From NCBI GenBank assembly GCA_031414535.1, contig JANNVQ010000033.1, positions 1 through 12,788 on the forward strand: 12,788 bases of DNA. The letters are read 5' to 3'. The notes under the pieces are model-generated. The model did not search any database, was not told the origin of the DNA, and saw only the letters and a program-made list of their open reading frames with translations. A program made the position numbers and the translations under genes. Every line of letters begins with the position of its first letter. Position 1 is the stretch's first letter. The DNA comes from Gemmatimonas sp. (lineage in GTDB: Bacteria; Gemmatimonadota; Gemmatimonadetes; Gemmatimonadales; Gemmatimonadaceae). Below, piece after piece: positions 1 to 10,024 of the stretch.

Positions 1-41
1 CGCGCCGCGCGATCGCGGGCAAGAAGAAGGTCACCAAGTAA
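1..41 (+). CDS. rpsM: 30S ribosomal protein S13, 3' end (partial)
   Basis: Frame from position 3 reads [16 protein letters not shown] (TAA 39-41), a typical basic S13 C-terminus. The stop overlaps the rpsK ATG (TAATG), in canonical alpha-operon order. Confidence 0.9.
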   Translation, partial: RRAIAGKKKVTK

Positions 42-418
42 TGGCTATCGGAAAGAAGACCAAGAAGGTCGTCGACGCCGAAGGCGTCGCGCACGTCAAC
101 GCGACCTTCAACAATACGCTCATCACGATCACGGATGCCCACGGCAACGCGATCTCCTGGGGCACGGCCGGTAAGGCGGGCTTCAAGGGCAGCAAGAAGT
201 CCACTCCGTTCGCGGCGACCGTCGCCGCCGAACAGTGCGCGCGCGAGGCCTTGAGCCTCGGTGTGCGCCGCGTCCACGTGAAGGTTCAGGGCCCGGGTTC
301 TGGTCGCGAGTCCGCGATCCAGGCGCTCGCCGCCGCTGGTCTCACCGTCAAGTCCATCAAGGACGTGACGCCGATTCCGCACAACGGCTGCCGGCCGCCC
401 AAGCGCCGGAGGGTCTAA
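41..418 (+). CDS. rpsK: 30S ribosomal protein S11
   Basis: 125 aa with [35 protein letters not shown] and [18 protein letters not shown] motifs. Confidence 0.99.
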   Translation: MAIGKKTKKVVDAEGVAHVNATFNNTLITITDAHGNAISWGTAGKAGFKGSKKSTPFAATVAAEQCAREALSLGVRRVHVKVQGPGSGRESAIQALAAAGLTVKSIKDVTPIPHNGCRPPKRRRV

Positions 419-421
419 GCA

Positions 422-1054
422 ATGCGTTATACAGGTCCCAGCTGCCGGCAGTGCCGGCGTGAAGCCACGAAGCTCTTCCTGAAGGGCACCAAGTGCTTCA
501 CCGAGAAGTGCCCCGTGGAGCGTCGTCCGTATGCTCCTGGCCAGCACGGTCAGAACACCGCTCGTCGCCGCAAGGTCAGCGAGTACGCCAAGCAGTTGCG
601 TGAGAAGCAGAAGATCAAGCGCATCTATGGCCTCAGCGAGAAGCAGTTCCGCAACACCTTCGAGCGCGTGTCGTCGCTCCCGGGCGTGACGGGCCACAAT
701 CTCTTGGTCGCTCTTGAGAGCCGCCTCGACAACATGGTCTACCGCATGGGCTTCGCCGCCAGCCGCAAGGCCGCGCGCCAGCTCATCCGTCACCGTCACG
801 TGGAAGTGAACGGCAAGGGCGTGGACGTGCCGAGCTTCGTGGTGCTGCCGGGTCAGGAACTCCGGATTCGCCAGGCGTCGCGCGAGATGGTCGCCGTGCA
901 GTCGGCGCTCGAAGTCGCATCGCGTGGCGCCACGCCGACATGGTTGGCCGTGGACAAGGACACCTTCTCGGGCCGCATGCTCGAGCGTCCGCAGCGCGCG
1001 TCTATCGCCATCCAGGCGCAGGAACAGCTGGTCGTCGAGCTCTACTCGAAGTAA
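422..1054 (+). CDS. rpsD: 30S ribosomal protein S4 (Cys-containing, zinc-type N-terminus)
   Basis: 210 aa with MRYTGPSCRQCRRE..KLFLKG.KC, SEYAKQLREKQK, LESRLDNMVYRMGFA and a VVELYSK terminus. GGAGG at 408-412 is a possible RBS. Confidence 0.99.
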   Translation: MRYTGPSCRQCRREATKLFLKGTKCFTEKCPVERRPYAPGQHGQNTARRRKVSEYAKQLREKQKIKRIYGLSEKQFRNTFERVSSLPGVTGHNLLVALESRLDNMVYRMGFAASRKAARQLIRHRHVEVNGKGVDVPSFVVLPGQELRIRQASREMVAVQSALEVASRGATPTWLAVDKDTFSGRMLERPQRASIAIQAQEQLVVELYSK

Positions 1055-1060
1055 GTGAAT

Positions 1061-1117
1061 GACGGATGACGAATGACGGAAGCTCTTGGCATCCGTCTTC
1101 CGTCATCCGTCCAGTAT
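1061..1117. repeat. Inverted heptamer-repeat hairpin element, copy 1
   Basis: Left arm GACGGAT-GACGAAT-GACGGAA (1061-1081), 9-nt spacer, right arm ATCCGTC-TTCCGTC-ATCCGTC (1091-1111), then CAGTAT. 1092-1117 matches 3026-3051 at 25 of 26 positions. Confidence 0.9.
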
Positions 1118-1130
1118 CACTCGAAGCAAA

Positions 1131-1224
1131 GGCTCCCTGTTAGCCTAACGAGCGTACCGCGGATCAGGGCCGGGGTACGGCGTCGGTGACACGTTCTGTC
1201 ATCGTGACTTTCTCTCTCTAAGGA
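1131..1224 (+). promoter_or_regulatory. Structured leader upstream of rpoA (candidate cis-regulatory RNA) including RBS
   Basis: By-eye stems: GCTC..GTTA/TAAC-GAGC (1132-1153), CGTACC-g-CGG/CCG-g-GGTACG (1153-1179) and CGGTGACA/TGTCATCG (1184-1204). A pyrimidine tract follows (1208-1219), then an AAGGA RBS at 1220-1224. Function is inferred only. Confidence 0.4.
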
Positions 1225-1233
1225 TTCCTACCG

Positions 1234-2307
1234 ATGTCTCAGACGATTGACCTCCGCGGCCTTGTTCGCCCGCAGCTCGTCGAAATGACGAAGCGCGACG
1301 ACAATGCCAACATTGCGGAGTTCCGGCTTCAGCCACTCGAGCGCGGCTTCGGCCACACGCTCGGCAATGCCATGCGTCGCATGCTCCTCTCGAGCCTGCG
1401 CGGCGCCGCGGTGTGGGGCATCCGCATTGACGGTGTGCTCCACGAGCACCAGACCATCCCGGGCGTCGTCGAAGACGTCCACCAGATTATCGCCAACCTC
1501 AAGACGCTGACCCTAGCGCTCGATGATGACGTGGAAGAGGCGATTCTCCGCGTGAAGGTCACCAAGTCTGGTGCCGTCACCGCCGGGTTGCTCGAACTTC
1601 CGGCCGGTGTGCGCGTTGTGAATGGCTCGCACCACATCCTCACGCTACAGGACGAGCGCGATCTCTCGATCGAACTCTACGTGAACAAGGGCCGCGGGTA
1701 CGTCGAGGCCGATTCGCACCCCTTGGATCGGTCACTCCCAGTGGACCTGGTACGCATCGATTCCATTTACTCGCCTGTCAAGCGCACGAACTTTGCCGTC
1801 GCCGAGACGCGCGTGGGTCAGCGCACGGACTACGATCGTCTCTCGATGACGGTCGAGACCAATGGCACCATCTCGCCCGAGCAGGCGGTCAGCTACGCCG
1901 CCGCGCTGGCGCAGACGCACTTCCAGTACTTCGCATCGTTCGGTTCGCACTTGGCCGCCGCAGTCGCGGTGCCGGGCGCCGAGGGTTCGTCCGACGCCGC
2001 GCGTCTGGCCGAGCTTCTCCGCACGCCGATCGATGATCTGTCGCTCTCGGTTCGCTCGGTGAACTCGCTCAAGAACTCGAGCATTCGCTCGCTTGGCGAT
2101 CTCGTCCGTCAAACAGAAGCGCAGATCCTGCAGGTCAAGAATTTCGGCAAGAAGTCCCTCCAGGAGATCGCCGACCTCCTCGAGAAGGAAGGACTCAATT
2201 TCGGAATGCGGTTTGAGGAGTCCACGGATGGTGTGCGCGTTGCCGATTGGGGCACGCCGCCGAGCCGTGCGGCTGCCGCCGCCCCCGACGACGACGACGA
2301 GGAGTAG
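1234..2307 (+). CDS. rpoA: DNA-directed RNA polymerase subunit alpha
   Basis: 357 aa with PLERGFGHTLGNAMRRMLLSSL.GAAV, GRGYV, RVGQRTDYDRL and the alpha-CTD LSVRSVNSLK..NFGKKSLQEI. Acidic C-terminal tail. Confidence 0.99.
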   Translation: MSQTIDLRGLVRPQLVEMTKRDDNANIAEFRLQPLERGFGHTLGNAMRRMLLSSLRGAAVWGIRIDGVLHEHQTIPGVVEDVHQIIANLKTLTLALDDDVEEAILRVKVTKSGAVTAGLLELPAGVRVVNGSHHILTLQDERDLSIELYVNKGRGYVEADSHPLDRSLPVDLVRIDSIYSPVKRTNFAVAETRVGQRTDYDRLSMTVETNGTISPEQAVSYAAALAQTHFQYFASFGSHLAAAVAVPGAEGSSDAARLAELLRTPIDDLSLSVRSVNSLKNSSIRSLGDLVRQTEAQILQVKNFGKKSLQEIADLLEKEGLNFGMRFEESTDGVRVADWGTPPSRAAAAAPDDDDEE

Positions 2308-2312
2308 GACCG

Positions 2313-2669
2313 ATGCGCCACCGTAAAGCAGGGCGGAGTCTCCGCCGTACCTCTGAGCAGCGCCTCGCGCTGCTCCGCAATCTTGCGACCTCGCTCATCG
2401 AGCAGGGCGCGATTGAGACCACTGAAGCCAAGGCGAAGGAGCTTCGGCCCTTCGTTGAGAAGCTCATCACCAAGGCCCGCGCCGGGACCCTCCACGCGCG
2501 TCGCCTCGCTGGCAAGCACGTCCACAAGCGCGAAGCGGCTGACAAGCTGTTCCAGGAAGTCGGTCCGAAGTTCGCGAAGCGGGCTGGTGGCTACACGCGC
2601 ATTCTGAAGGTCGGTCACCGCAAGGGTGACGGCGCAGATATGGCGCGTATCGAACTTGTCCAGGATTAA
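2313..2669 (+). CDS. rplQ: 50S ribosomal protein L17
   Basis: True start is ATG 2313 ([48 protein letters not shown]), 118 aa, with a GAGGAG RBS at 2299-2304. The ORF-track start at 2247 lies inside rpoA. Confidence 0.98.
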   Translation: MRHRKAGRSLRRTSEQRLALLRNLATSLIEQGAIETTEAKAKELRPFVEKLITKARAGTLHARRLAGKHVHKREAADKLFQEVGPKFAKRAGGYTRILKVGHRKGDGADMARIELVQD

Positions 2670-2673
2670 TCCG

Positions 2674-2895
2674 ATGCCCATTCAGCGCAACATCTGCTAC
2701 GTGTGCTCGAAGGGCGTTGCCCACGGCAACAACGTGTCGCACGCAAACAACAAGACGCGCCGCACGTGGAAGCCGAACCTTCAGGTCGCTCGTATTGTCA
2801 TCGAAGGCAAGATTCAGAAGATTAAGGTTTGCACGCGTTGCTTGAACGCGGGGAAGATTCAGCGCGCTCCGCGAAAGGCGGTCGTCGCACTGTAA
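2674..2895 (+). CDS. rpmB: 50S ribosomal protein L28 (CxxC...CxxC zinc-type)
   Basis: From ATG 2674: [44 protein letters not shown], 73 aa. Carries the L28 signature [18 protein letters not shown]. Confidence 0.97.
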   Translation: MPIQRNICYVCSKGVAHGNNVSHANNKTRRTWKPNLQVARIVIEGKIQKIKVCTRCLNAGKIQRAPRKAVVAL

Positions 2896-2922
2896 GTCTC
2901 GTGCTCTCGGGTTGTACGGCAT

Positions 2923-2955
2923 CGGGGGGAGCGATTGAACGCTCCTCCCGTTTTG
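2923..2955 (+). terminator. Intrinsic terminator after rpmB
   Basis: 11-bp stem CGGGGGGAGCG (2923-2933) / CGCTCCTCCCG (2940-2950) with one G-U pair, loop ATTGAA, followed by TTTTG (short U tract). Confidence 0.8.
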
Positions 2956-2959
2956 CTAA

Positions 2960-4024
<1,065 letters not shown>

Positions 4025-4026
4025 GC

Positions 4027-5079
4027 ATGCGCGCCCTCGTCACGGGAGCGGGCGGCTTCGTCGGGCAGTGGTTGTGCCGTGCGTTGCTCCGTGATGGATG
4101 GGAAGTGGATGGCGTCTCGCTGGAGGGAGAGCCCAAGCAGGGCATCATGACGGCGACGGAGCGCGCCGGCGTGCGCTGGGCCGCGCGCGATCTTGCGGCG
4201 CCCGACTCTGAGCAGCGGAGAACGCCCGGGCCAAACTTGGAGTCCATTCAGGCGCCGATGCGTCCGACGCTGGACGACCCCGCTGACGCCACCGATGGTT
4301 CCCAGTGGTTGAACTCGGCGATGGCGGCGTACCGGCCGGACGCCGTCTTCCACCTCGCGGGCGTGGCGTTTCAAGCGACGGCCGCCGCCGACGGTGAGCG
4401 GGCGCTGTCCGTGAACTCCGGCATCGCCCAAGACATTGTGGGCGCGGCCCACTTCGCGAAGCAGGTCGGCCGTGCAGATCCGATCGTGCTCGTGATCGGT
4501 AGCGGGGAACAGTACGGGGCCCATCCGCCCGAGGTGATGCCGCTGGTGGAGGCGGCGTCCTGTGCGCCGAAGACCGTGTACGGCGCGACCAAGGTGGCGC
4601 AGGAGCGCTTGGCACTGACGCTCGCCAAGACGGTAGGCGTGCGTGTCATCGCCACGCGTTCGTTCAATCACTCCGGCGCCGGCCAGGCCCCATCCTTCCT
4701 GCTACCCTCGCTCGTCCTTCGCGCGCTTGAGGCGCGCCGCACCGGCCAGCCCGTACGCATCGGCAACACGAACGTGATTCGCGATTTTCTGCACGTAGAA
4801 GACGTCGTAACCGCGTATATTTCGCTGGTTTCGCGCGGGACGCCCGGCGAGGTCTACAACGTGTCTAGCGGGGTTGGGGTTCGAGTCGGGGATTTGGCGC
4901 AGGAGGTACTGGCAGCCGCCGCTGTCCGCACGCCCCTCGAAGTGGATTCTGCGCTGCAGCGCGACGTGGACGTCCCGGTACTCGTCGGCAGCAACGCCAA
5001 GCTCCGCGCGGCGACTGGTTGGGCCCCTGTGAAGTCCCGCTCTGACATCATCCAAGACCTGCTCAATGCCGCGTCGTAA
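4027..5079 (+). CDS. Extended SDR, probable GDP-4-keto-6-deoxy-D-mannose reductase (Rmd-like, GDP-6-deoxyhexose synthesis)
   Basis: 350 aa with [23 protein letters not shown], catalytic [15 protein letters not shown] (Rmd-like RxFNHxGxGQ) and [10 protein letters not shown]. Lies directly after gmd. Exact product (D-rhamnose vs 6-deoxy-D-talose) cannot be determined from sequence. Confidence 0.75.
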   Translation: MRALVTGAGGFVGQWLCRALLRDGWEVDGVSLEGEPKQGIMTATERAGVRWAARDLAAPDSEQRRTPGPNLESIQAPMRPTLDDPADATDGSQWLNSAMAAYRPDAVFHLAGVAFQATAAADGERALSVNSGIAQDIVGAAHFAKQVGRADPIVLVIGSGEQYGAHPPEVMPLVEAASCAPKTVYGATKVAQERLALTLAKTVGVRVIATRSFNHSGAGQAPSFLLPSLVLRALEARRTGQPVRIGNTNVIRDFLHVEDVVTAYISLVSRGTPGEVYNVSSGVGVRVGDLAQEVLAAAAVRTPLEVDSALQRDVDVPVLVGSNAKLRAATGWAPVKSRSDIIQDLLNAAS

Positions 5080-8000
5080 CGATATCCATCGCATTCTCCT
5101 CATCGGATCCGGTCCGATCGTCATTGGGCAGGGCGCCGAGTTCGACTATTCCGGCACGCAGGCCGCCAAAGCGCTGCGCGAAGAGGGCTACGAGGTCATC
5201 CTCGTGAACTCCAATCCGGCTACAATCATGACGGATCCGGAAGTCGCCGACCGCACCTACATCGAGCCGGTGACGCCGGAGTATGTGGAGCTGATCATCG
5301 AGCGTGAGAAGCCCGATGCGCTGCTGCCCACGATGGGTGGCCAGACGGCGCTCAATGTGGCGATGGCACTGCACGAGCGCGGCGTCTTGGAGAAGCATGG
5401 CGTGGAGCTCATCGGCGCCAATGCACGTGCGATTGCCGTCGCGGAGGACCGCAAGCTCTTCGGCGAGGCGATGGTGAAGATTGGCCTCAAGTGCCCCGAG
5501 GGGAAGATTGCGACGACGTGGAACGAGGCGTTGGAGATTTCCGCGTGGACCGGCTTCCCGGCAATCATTCGCCCGGCCTTCACCCTGGGTGGCTCCGGAG
5601 GTGGCATCGCGTACAATCGCGAGGAGTACGAATCCATCGTGCGTCGGGGGCTCGAGGAGTCGCCCATCTCGCAGGTCTTGATTGAACGCTCGCTGATTGG
5701 TTGGAAGGAGTACGAACTCGAAGTCATGCGCGACTCCCAAGACAATGTCGTCATCGTCTGCTCCATCGAGAATCTCGATCCGATGGGCATCCATACGGGA
5801 GATTCCATCACCTGTGCGCCGGCGATGACGTTGTCGGATCGCGAGTATCAGGTGATGCGCGATGCTGCGCTGAAGATTATTCGTGAGATTGGTGTGGCGG
5901 CTGGCGGCTGCAATATTCAGTTCGCCGTGAATCCGCTGAACGGCGAAATGGTCGTCATCGAGATGAATCCGCGCGTCTCGCGGTCCTCGGCGCTGGCCTC
6001 CAAGGCCACGGGCTTTGCGATTGCGCGCATCGGCACCAAGCTCGCCGTGGGCTACTCCCTCGATGAGGTGCGCAACGACATCACCAAGACCACGCCGGCG
6101 AGCTTCGAGCCCGTACTCGACTACGTCGTGGTGAAGGTGCCGCGCTTTGCGTTTGAGAAGTTCCCCACCGCTAACACCACACTCACGACGCAGATGAAGT
6201 CGGTCGGTGAGTCCATGGCGATGGGGCGCACCTTCAAGGAAGCCTTCCAGAAAGCCTTGCGCGCGCTGGAGACTGGCCGCGCCGGTTGGGTGGTTGGCGA
6301 GCGTCCCATGGATGATCGTGTGGCCGACGATTCGCTCGACGCCGTGCGCGCCGCGCTGCCGGTGCCGGTACCTGAGCGCATGTTCCAAGTGAAGCGCGCC
6401 ATGCTGCTCGGAATGAGTGTGGAGGAACTGCAGCAGCGAACGGGCATGGACCCTTGGTTCCTGCGCCAGTTCGAGGAGCTGATTGTCGCGGAGAAGGCGT
6501 ATGCTGCCGCTCCGAGCGTGGATGCACGCTTGATGCGCCGTATGAAGCGCATGGGTTTCAGCGATCGCCAACTCGCGGCGCTCCGCAAGGAGACCGAGAA
6601 GCAGGTGCGCGAGCACCGGTGGGCGCTGCAGGTACGGCCCGCATACAAGATGGTGGACACCTGCGCCGGTGAGTTCCCGTCCAACACGCCGTATCTCTAT
6701 TCCTCCTATGACGAGGAGAGCGAGATGCCGCGCACAGGCAAGAAGAGCGTGGTCATTTTGGGCTCGGGACCGAATCGCATCGGCCAAGGCGTGGAGTTCG
6801 ACTACTGCTGCGTGCGGGCGGCCATCGCGCTACGCGAGGCTGGGTACGAGACCATCATGGTGAACTCGAACCCCGAGACGGTCTCCACGGACTATGACAC
6901 ATCCGATAAGCTGTACTTCGAGCCGCTGACCTTTGAAGATGTGCTCGAGATCATTGAGCGTGAGCAGCCGGTTGGCGTGATTGTGCAACTCGGAGGCCAG
7001 ACGCCGCTCAAGCTGGTGAAGCCGCTTGAAGCCGCCGGCGTGAAGATTCTTGGCACAAGTCCCGAAGCAATTGACATCGCCGAAGACCGCAAGCGCTTTG
7101 AGCAGTTGGCGCGCGAACTCGGTGTGGAGCAGCCGCCCAACGGGACGGCCACGAGCGTCGAAGAAGCGGTGAAGATCGCCGCGCGCATCGGCTACCCCGT
7201 GTTGCTACGTCCGAGCTACGTGCTCGGCGGGCGCGCGATGGAAATCGTGTACGATGAGTTGAATCTGCGCGATTACTTTCAGCGCGCTGTGCGTGTGAGT
7301 GAAGACCGTCCGGTGCTGGTGGATGCTTTCCTCGAGGACGCATTCGAAGCAGACGTGGATGCGATATCCGACGGCACCACGGTGGTAATCGGTGGCGTGA
7401 TGGAGCACATCGAGGACGCGGGCATCCACTCGGGCGACTCCGCCTGCGTGCTGCCGCCCTACCTGATCAGTCGTGAACACCAAGATCAGATGCGAGCCCA
7501 CACCGTGGCCTTCGCCAAGGCCTTGGGCGTGGTGGGGCTTATCAATGTCCAGTACGCCATCAAGGATGGCGTGGTCTACGTGCTCGAAGTGAATCCTCGT
7601 GCGTCGCGCACGGTGCCCTTCGTGTCCAAGACTATCGGGAAGCCCTTGGCGTCCCTAGCGGCGCGCGTGATGCTCGGGGAGACCCTACAGGACCTTGGCT
7701 ACACCGAGGAGATCATCGCGCCGTTTGTGAGCGTGAAGGAGGCCGTGTTCCCCTTCACCAAGTTCCGCGAGTTCGATCCGATCCTCGGGCCCGAGATGCG
7801 ATCAACGGGCGAAGTGATGGGCATGAGCGAGACCTTCGGCATGGCGTACGCCAAGGCGGAACTCGCGGCAGGTAACGGTTTGCCGCAGCAAGGGCAGGTG
7901 ATGCTGACGGTGAATGATCGGGACAAGGCGAAGGCGGCGAAGATTGCCGCACGCTTCGCCAAGCTCGGGTTTGGCATCGTGGCGACCGAAGGCACGGCTC

Positions 8001-8308
8001 GCTTCCTCGCGGCTGAAGGCGTCGAGGCGCGCGTGATATCCAAGGTGAGCGGGGGCCGTCCTCACGGCGTTGACCTCATGGTGAATGGCGAAGTGCAACT
8101 GCTGATCAATACGCCACTGGGTGAGCGGGCGCAGAAGGACGAGTACTCGCTGCGTCAGGCGGCAGTCGCGAATCGCGTGCCGTACACGACAACGTTGTCT
8201 GGCGCGAGTGCCGCCTGCGACGCAATCGAAACGCTGAGGACGACGAAGCCAACGGTGAAGACTCTTCAGGAGTGGCAGACGATGACGACGGCGGCGGAGA
8301 GCAAGTGA
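5066..8308 (+). CDS. carB: Carbamoyl-phosphate synthase large subunit
   Basis: 1080 aa with [28 protein letters not shown], two ATP-grasp halves ([53 protein letters not shown]), [12 protein letters not shown] and a C-terminal MGS domain. Confidence 0.99.
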   Translation: MPRRNDIHRILLIGSGPIVIGQGAEFDYSGTQAAKALREEGYEVILVNSNPATIMTDPEVADRTYIEPVTPEYVELIIEREKPDALLPTMGGQTALNVAMALHERGVLEKHGVELIGANARAIAVAEDRKLFGEAMVKIGLKCPEGKIATTWNEALEISAWTGFPAIIRPAFTLGGSGGGIAYNREEYESIVRRGLEESPISQVLIERSLIGWKEYELEVMRDSQDNVVIVCSIENLDPMGIHTGDSITCAPAMTLSDREYQVMRDAALKIIREIGVAAGGCNIQFAVNPLNGEMVVIEMNPRVSRSSALASKATGFAIARIGTKLAVGYSLDEVRNDITKTTPASFEPVLDYVVVKVPRFAFEKFPTANTTLTTQMKSVGESMAMGRTFKEAFQKALRALETGRAGWVVGERPMDDRVADDSLDAVRAALPVPVPERMFQVKRAMLLGMSVEELQQRTGMDPWFLRQFEELIVAEKAYAAAPSVDARLMRRMKRMGFSDRQLAALRKETEKQVREHRWALQVRPAYKMVDTCAGEFPSNTPYLYSSYDEESEMPRTGKKSVVILGSGPNRIGQGVEFDYCCVRAAIALREAGYETIMVNSNPETVSTDYDTSDKLYFEPLTFEDVLEIIEREQPVGVIVQLGGQTPLKLVKPLEAAGVKILGTSPEAIDIAEDRKRFEQLARELGVEQPPNGTATSVEEAVKIAARIGYPVLLRPSYVLGGRAMEIVYDELNLRDYFQRAVRVSEDRPVLVDAFLEDAFEADVDAISDGTTVVIGGVMEHIEDAGIHSGDSACVLPPYLISREHQDQMRAHTVAFAKALGVVGLINVQYAIKDGVVYVLEVNPRASRTVPFVSKTIGKPLASLAARVMLGETLQDLGYTEEIIAPFVSVKEAVFPFTKFREFDPILGPEMRSTGEVMGMSETFGMAYAKAELAAGNGLPQQGQVMLTVNDRDKAKAAKIAARFAKLGFGIVATEGTARFLAAEGVEARVISKVSGGRPHGVDLMVNGEVQLLINTPLGERAQKDEYSLRQAAVANRVPYTTTLSGASAACDAIETLRTTKPTVKTLQEWQTMTTAAESK

Positions 8309-8883
8309 GCGAGGCCTTCGTGCATGAGTCGTCGTACGTGGACGACGGCGCGCAAATCGGTGCGGGCACGAAGATTTGGCATTTCTGTCACGTGATGCCC
8401 GGCGCCATCATCGGCCGGGACTGCACGCTCGGGCAGAACGTTGTGGTGATGAACAAGGTGCGGGTGGGTGACCGCGTGAAGATTCAAAACAACGTGTCGG
8501 TGTACGAGGGAGTGACGCTTGAGGACGATGTCTTCTGCGGACCGTCGATGGTGTTCACGAACGTGATCAATCCGCGCAGTCACGTCGCGCGCCGGAGTGA
8601 GTTTCGTCCGACGCTGGTGAAGCGCGGCGCGAGCATTGGCGCCAACGCCACCATTGTCTGTGGCGCGACCTTGGGCGAGTACTGTTTTGTGGGGGCGGGC
8701 GCGGTTGTGACGAAGGACGTGCCTGCATACGGCCTCGTGACGGGAGTGCCCGCAAAGCACAGTGGTTGGGTGTGCGCCTGCGGCGTTGTGCTCCGCGGAG
8801 CCGGCGCGCGCTACACGTGCCCGGACTGTGATGCGTCATACGAGGAGCGCGATGGGGCCTTGGTTGCGGCGGCGGCCATATGA
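8305..8883 (+). CDS. Hexapeptide-repeat N-acetyltransferase, WbpD/WlbB-like (UDP-GlcNAc3NA 3-N-acetyltransferase)
   Basis: Likely GTG start at 8305 (GTGA overlap with the carB stop; GGAGA at 8296-8300), 192 aa. Motifs [60 protein letters not shown], and a C-terminal CxCG..CPxC. Confidence 0.88.
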   Translation: MSEAFVHESSYVDDGAQIGAGTKIWHFCHVMPGAIIGRDCTLGQNVVVMNKVRVGDRVKIQNNVSVYEGVTLEDDVFCGPSMVFTNVINPRSHVARRSEFRPTLVKRGASIGANATIVCGATLGEYCFVGAGAVVTKDVPAYGLVTGVPAKHSGWVCACGVVLRGAGARYTCPDCDASYEERDGALVAAAAI

Positions 8884-9920
8884 GCTCCGCCGTACGAATT
8901 GCTCTCGTGGGCTGTGGGCGCATTAGCGCCAGTCACTGCGACGCCATTTTCAAGATTGACGGTCTCGCTCTTGCGGCCGTCTGCGATGTGGTGGAGTCGC
9001 GTGCGCGCGGGGCAGGCGAGACGTGGGGCGTGCCGTGGTTCACCAACTACGAGACGATGCTTGCCGAAGCGAACTGCGACGCGGTGGCGATCGCCACGCC
9101 GAGCGGATTGCACCCCGCACAGGGAATCCTGGCCGCACGCGCGGGCAAGCATGTCATCAGCGAGAAGCCGATGGCAATCACCCTCGCGTCGGCCGATGCG
9201 CTCGTCAAAGCCTGCGACGATGCCGGCGTGCAGCTGTTCGTGGTGAAGCAGAACCGCCTGAACGCTACGGTGCAACTCGTGAAGCGTGCCTTAGACAAGG
9301 GACGGTTTGGGCGCCTGTTCTTGGCAAACACCACCGTGCATTGGACCCGTCCGCAGGAGTACTACGACCAAGCCCCCTGGCGTGGGACCTGGGAGTTCGA
9401 TGGCGGGGCGTTCATGAATCAGGCGTCGCATTACGTGGACCTGATGCAGTGGCTGGTGGGGCCGGTTGAGAGTGTGATCGCCAAGACCGCGACTCTGTCC
9501 CGACGCATCGAGGCCGAGGATACGGGCGCCGCCGTGCTCAAGTTCCGCAACGGCGCATTGGGAGTGATCGAGGTGACCATGCTCACCTATCCCAAGAACC
9601 TTGAGGGTTCCTTTACGCTTATCGGCGAAAAGGGGACCGTAAAGATTGGCGGTACGGCGGTCAATAAGATTGAGAACTGGTCCTTCGCCGACGCGGACCC
9701 GGACGACGCCGAGGTGGAGCGGGTCAATACCGACCCGCCGTCCGTGTACGGGTTCGGGCATGAGCCTTATTATCGCAACGTGCTCAGGGTGATTCGCGGG
9801 GAGGCCGTGCCGGACACCGACGGCCGCGGGGGCCGGAAGTCGCTGGAACTCATCCTCGGCATCTACGAGTCGGCCAAGACGGGGCAAGAGGTGCCGTTGC
9901 CCCTTCGGGCGACCTTGTAA
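8880..9920 (+). CDS. Gfo/Idh/MocA oxidoreductase, WbpB/WlbA-like (UDP-GlcNAcA 3-dehydrogenase)
   Basis: 346 aa with VGCGRIS, TPSGLHP, EKPMA, VVKQNR and [26 protein letters not shown] overlap with the upstream gene. Confidence 0.88.
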   Translation: MSSAVRIALVGCGRISASHCDAIFKIDGLALAAVCDVVESRARGAGETWGVPWFTNYETMLAEANCDAVAIATPSGLHPAQGILAARAGKHVISEKPMAITLASADALVKACDDAGVQLFVVKQNRLNATVQLVKRALDKGRFGRLFLANTTVHWTRPQEYYDQAPWRGTWEFDGGAFMNQASHYVDLMQWLVGPVESVIAKTATLSRRIEAEDTGAAVLKFRNGALGVIEVTMLTYPKNLEGSFTLIGEKGTVKIGGTAVNKIENWSFADADPDDAEVERVNTDPPSVYGFGHEPYYRNVLRVIRGEAVPDTDGRGGRKSLELILGIYESAKTGQEVPLPLRATL

Positions 9921-9933
9921 CAGGGTCATTTTT
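9911..9933 (+). terminator. Possible weak terminator hairpin with the stop codon in its loop
   Basis: GACCTTG-TAA-CAGGGTC (9911-9927, one G-U pair) followed by ATTTTT. Confidence 0.4.
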
Positions 9934-9989
9934 GCGCGCTTGTCGCGCCCGCGCTTCGTTGACTATGTCTCGTCAGGAAGCGAACTTAC

Positions 9990-10024
9990 AAGGCTCGCAC
10001 GGGGACCCCGGGCGAGCCTTTCTT
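9990..10024 (+). terminator. Intrinsic terminator-like hairpin upstream of the aminotransferase gene
   Basis: AAGGCTCGC-a-CGGG-gac-CCCG-g-GCGAGCCTT (9990-10020) running into TTTCTT. The stem ends 26 nt before ATG 10047. Confidence 0.7.

Noticed and set aside
2287..2304. (GAC)n run at the rpoA 3' end
   Set aside because: It encodes the acidic DDDDEE tail and is not a contingency repeat.
2247..2312. N-terminal extension of L17 in the ORF track
   Set aside because: Overlaps the rpoA 3' end. The canonical MRHRK start with an RBS is at 2313.
2626..2673. N-terminal extension of L28 in the ORF track
   Set aside because: Overlaps rplQ. ATG 2674 with upstream AGGA fits the family length.
5063..6787. 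574-aa minus-strand ORF, plus other long antisense ORFs (3293-4012, 3838-4671, 9291-9929, 11438-12418)
   Set aside because: They lie antisense to well-conserved genes, have no recognisable motifs and show His/Arg/Ala-rich shadow composition, as expected from GC-rich codon bias.
8272..8304. [11 protein letters not shown] extension of the acetyltransferase
   Set aside because: Lies within carB. GTG 8305 has an RBS-like GGAG, a GTGA coupling overlap and gives a family-typical length.
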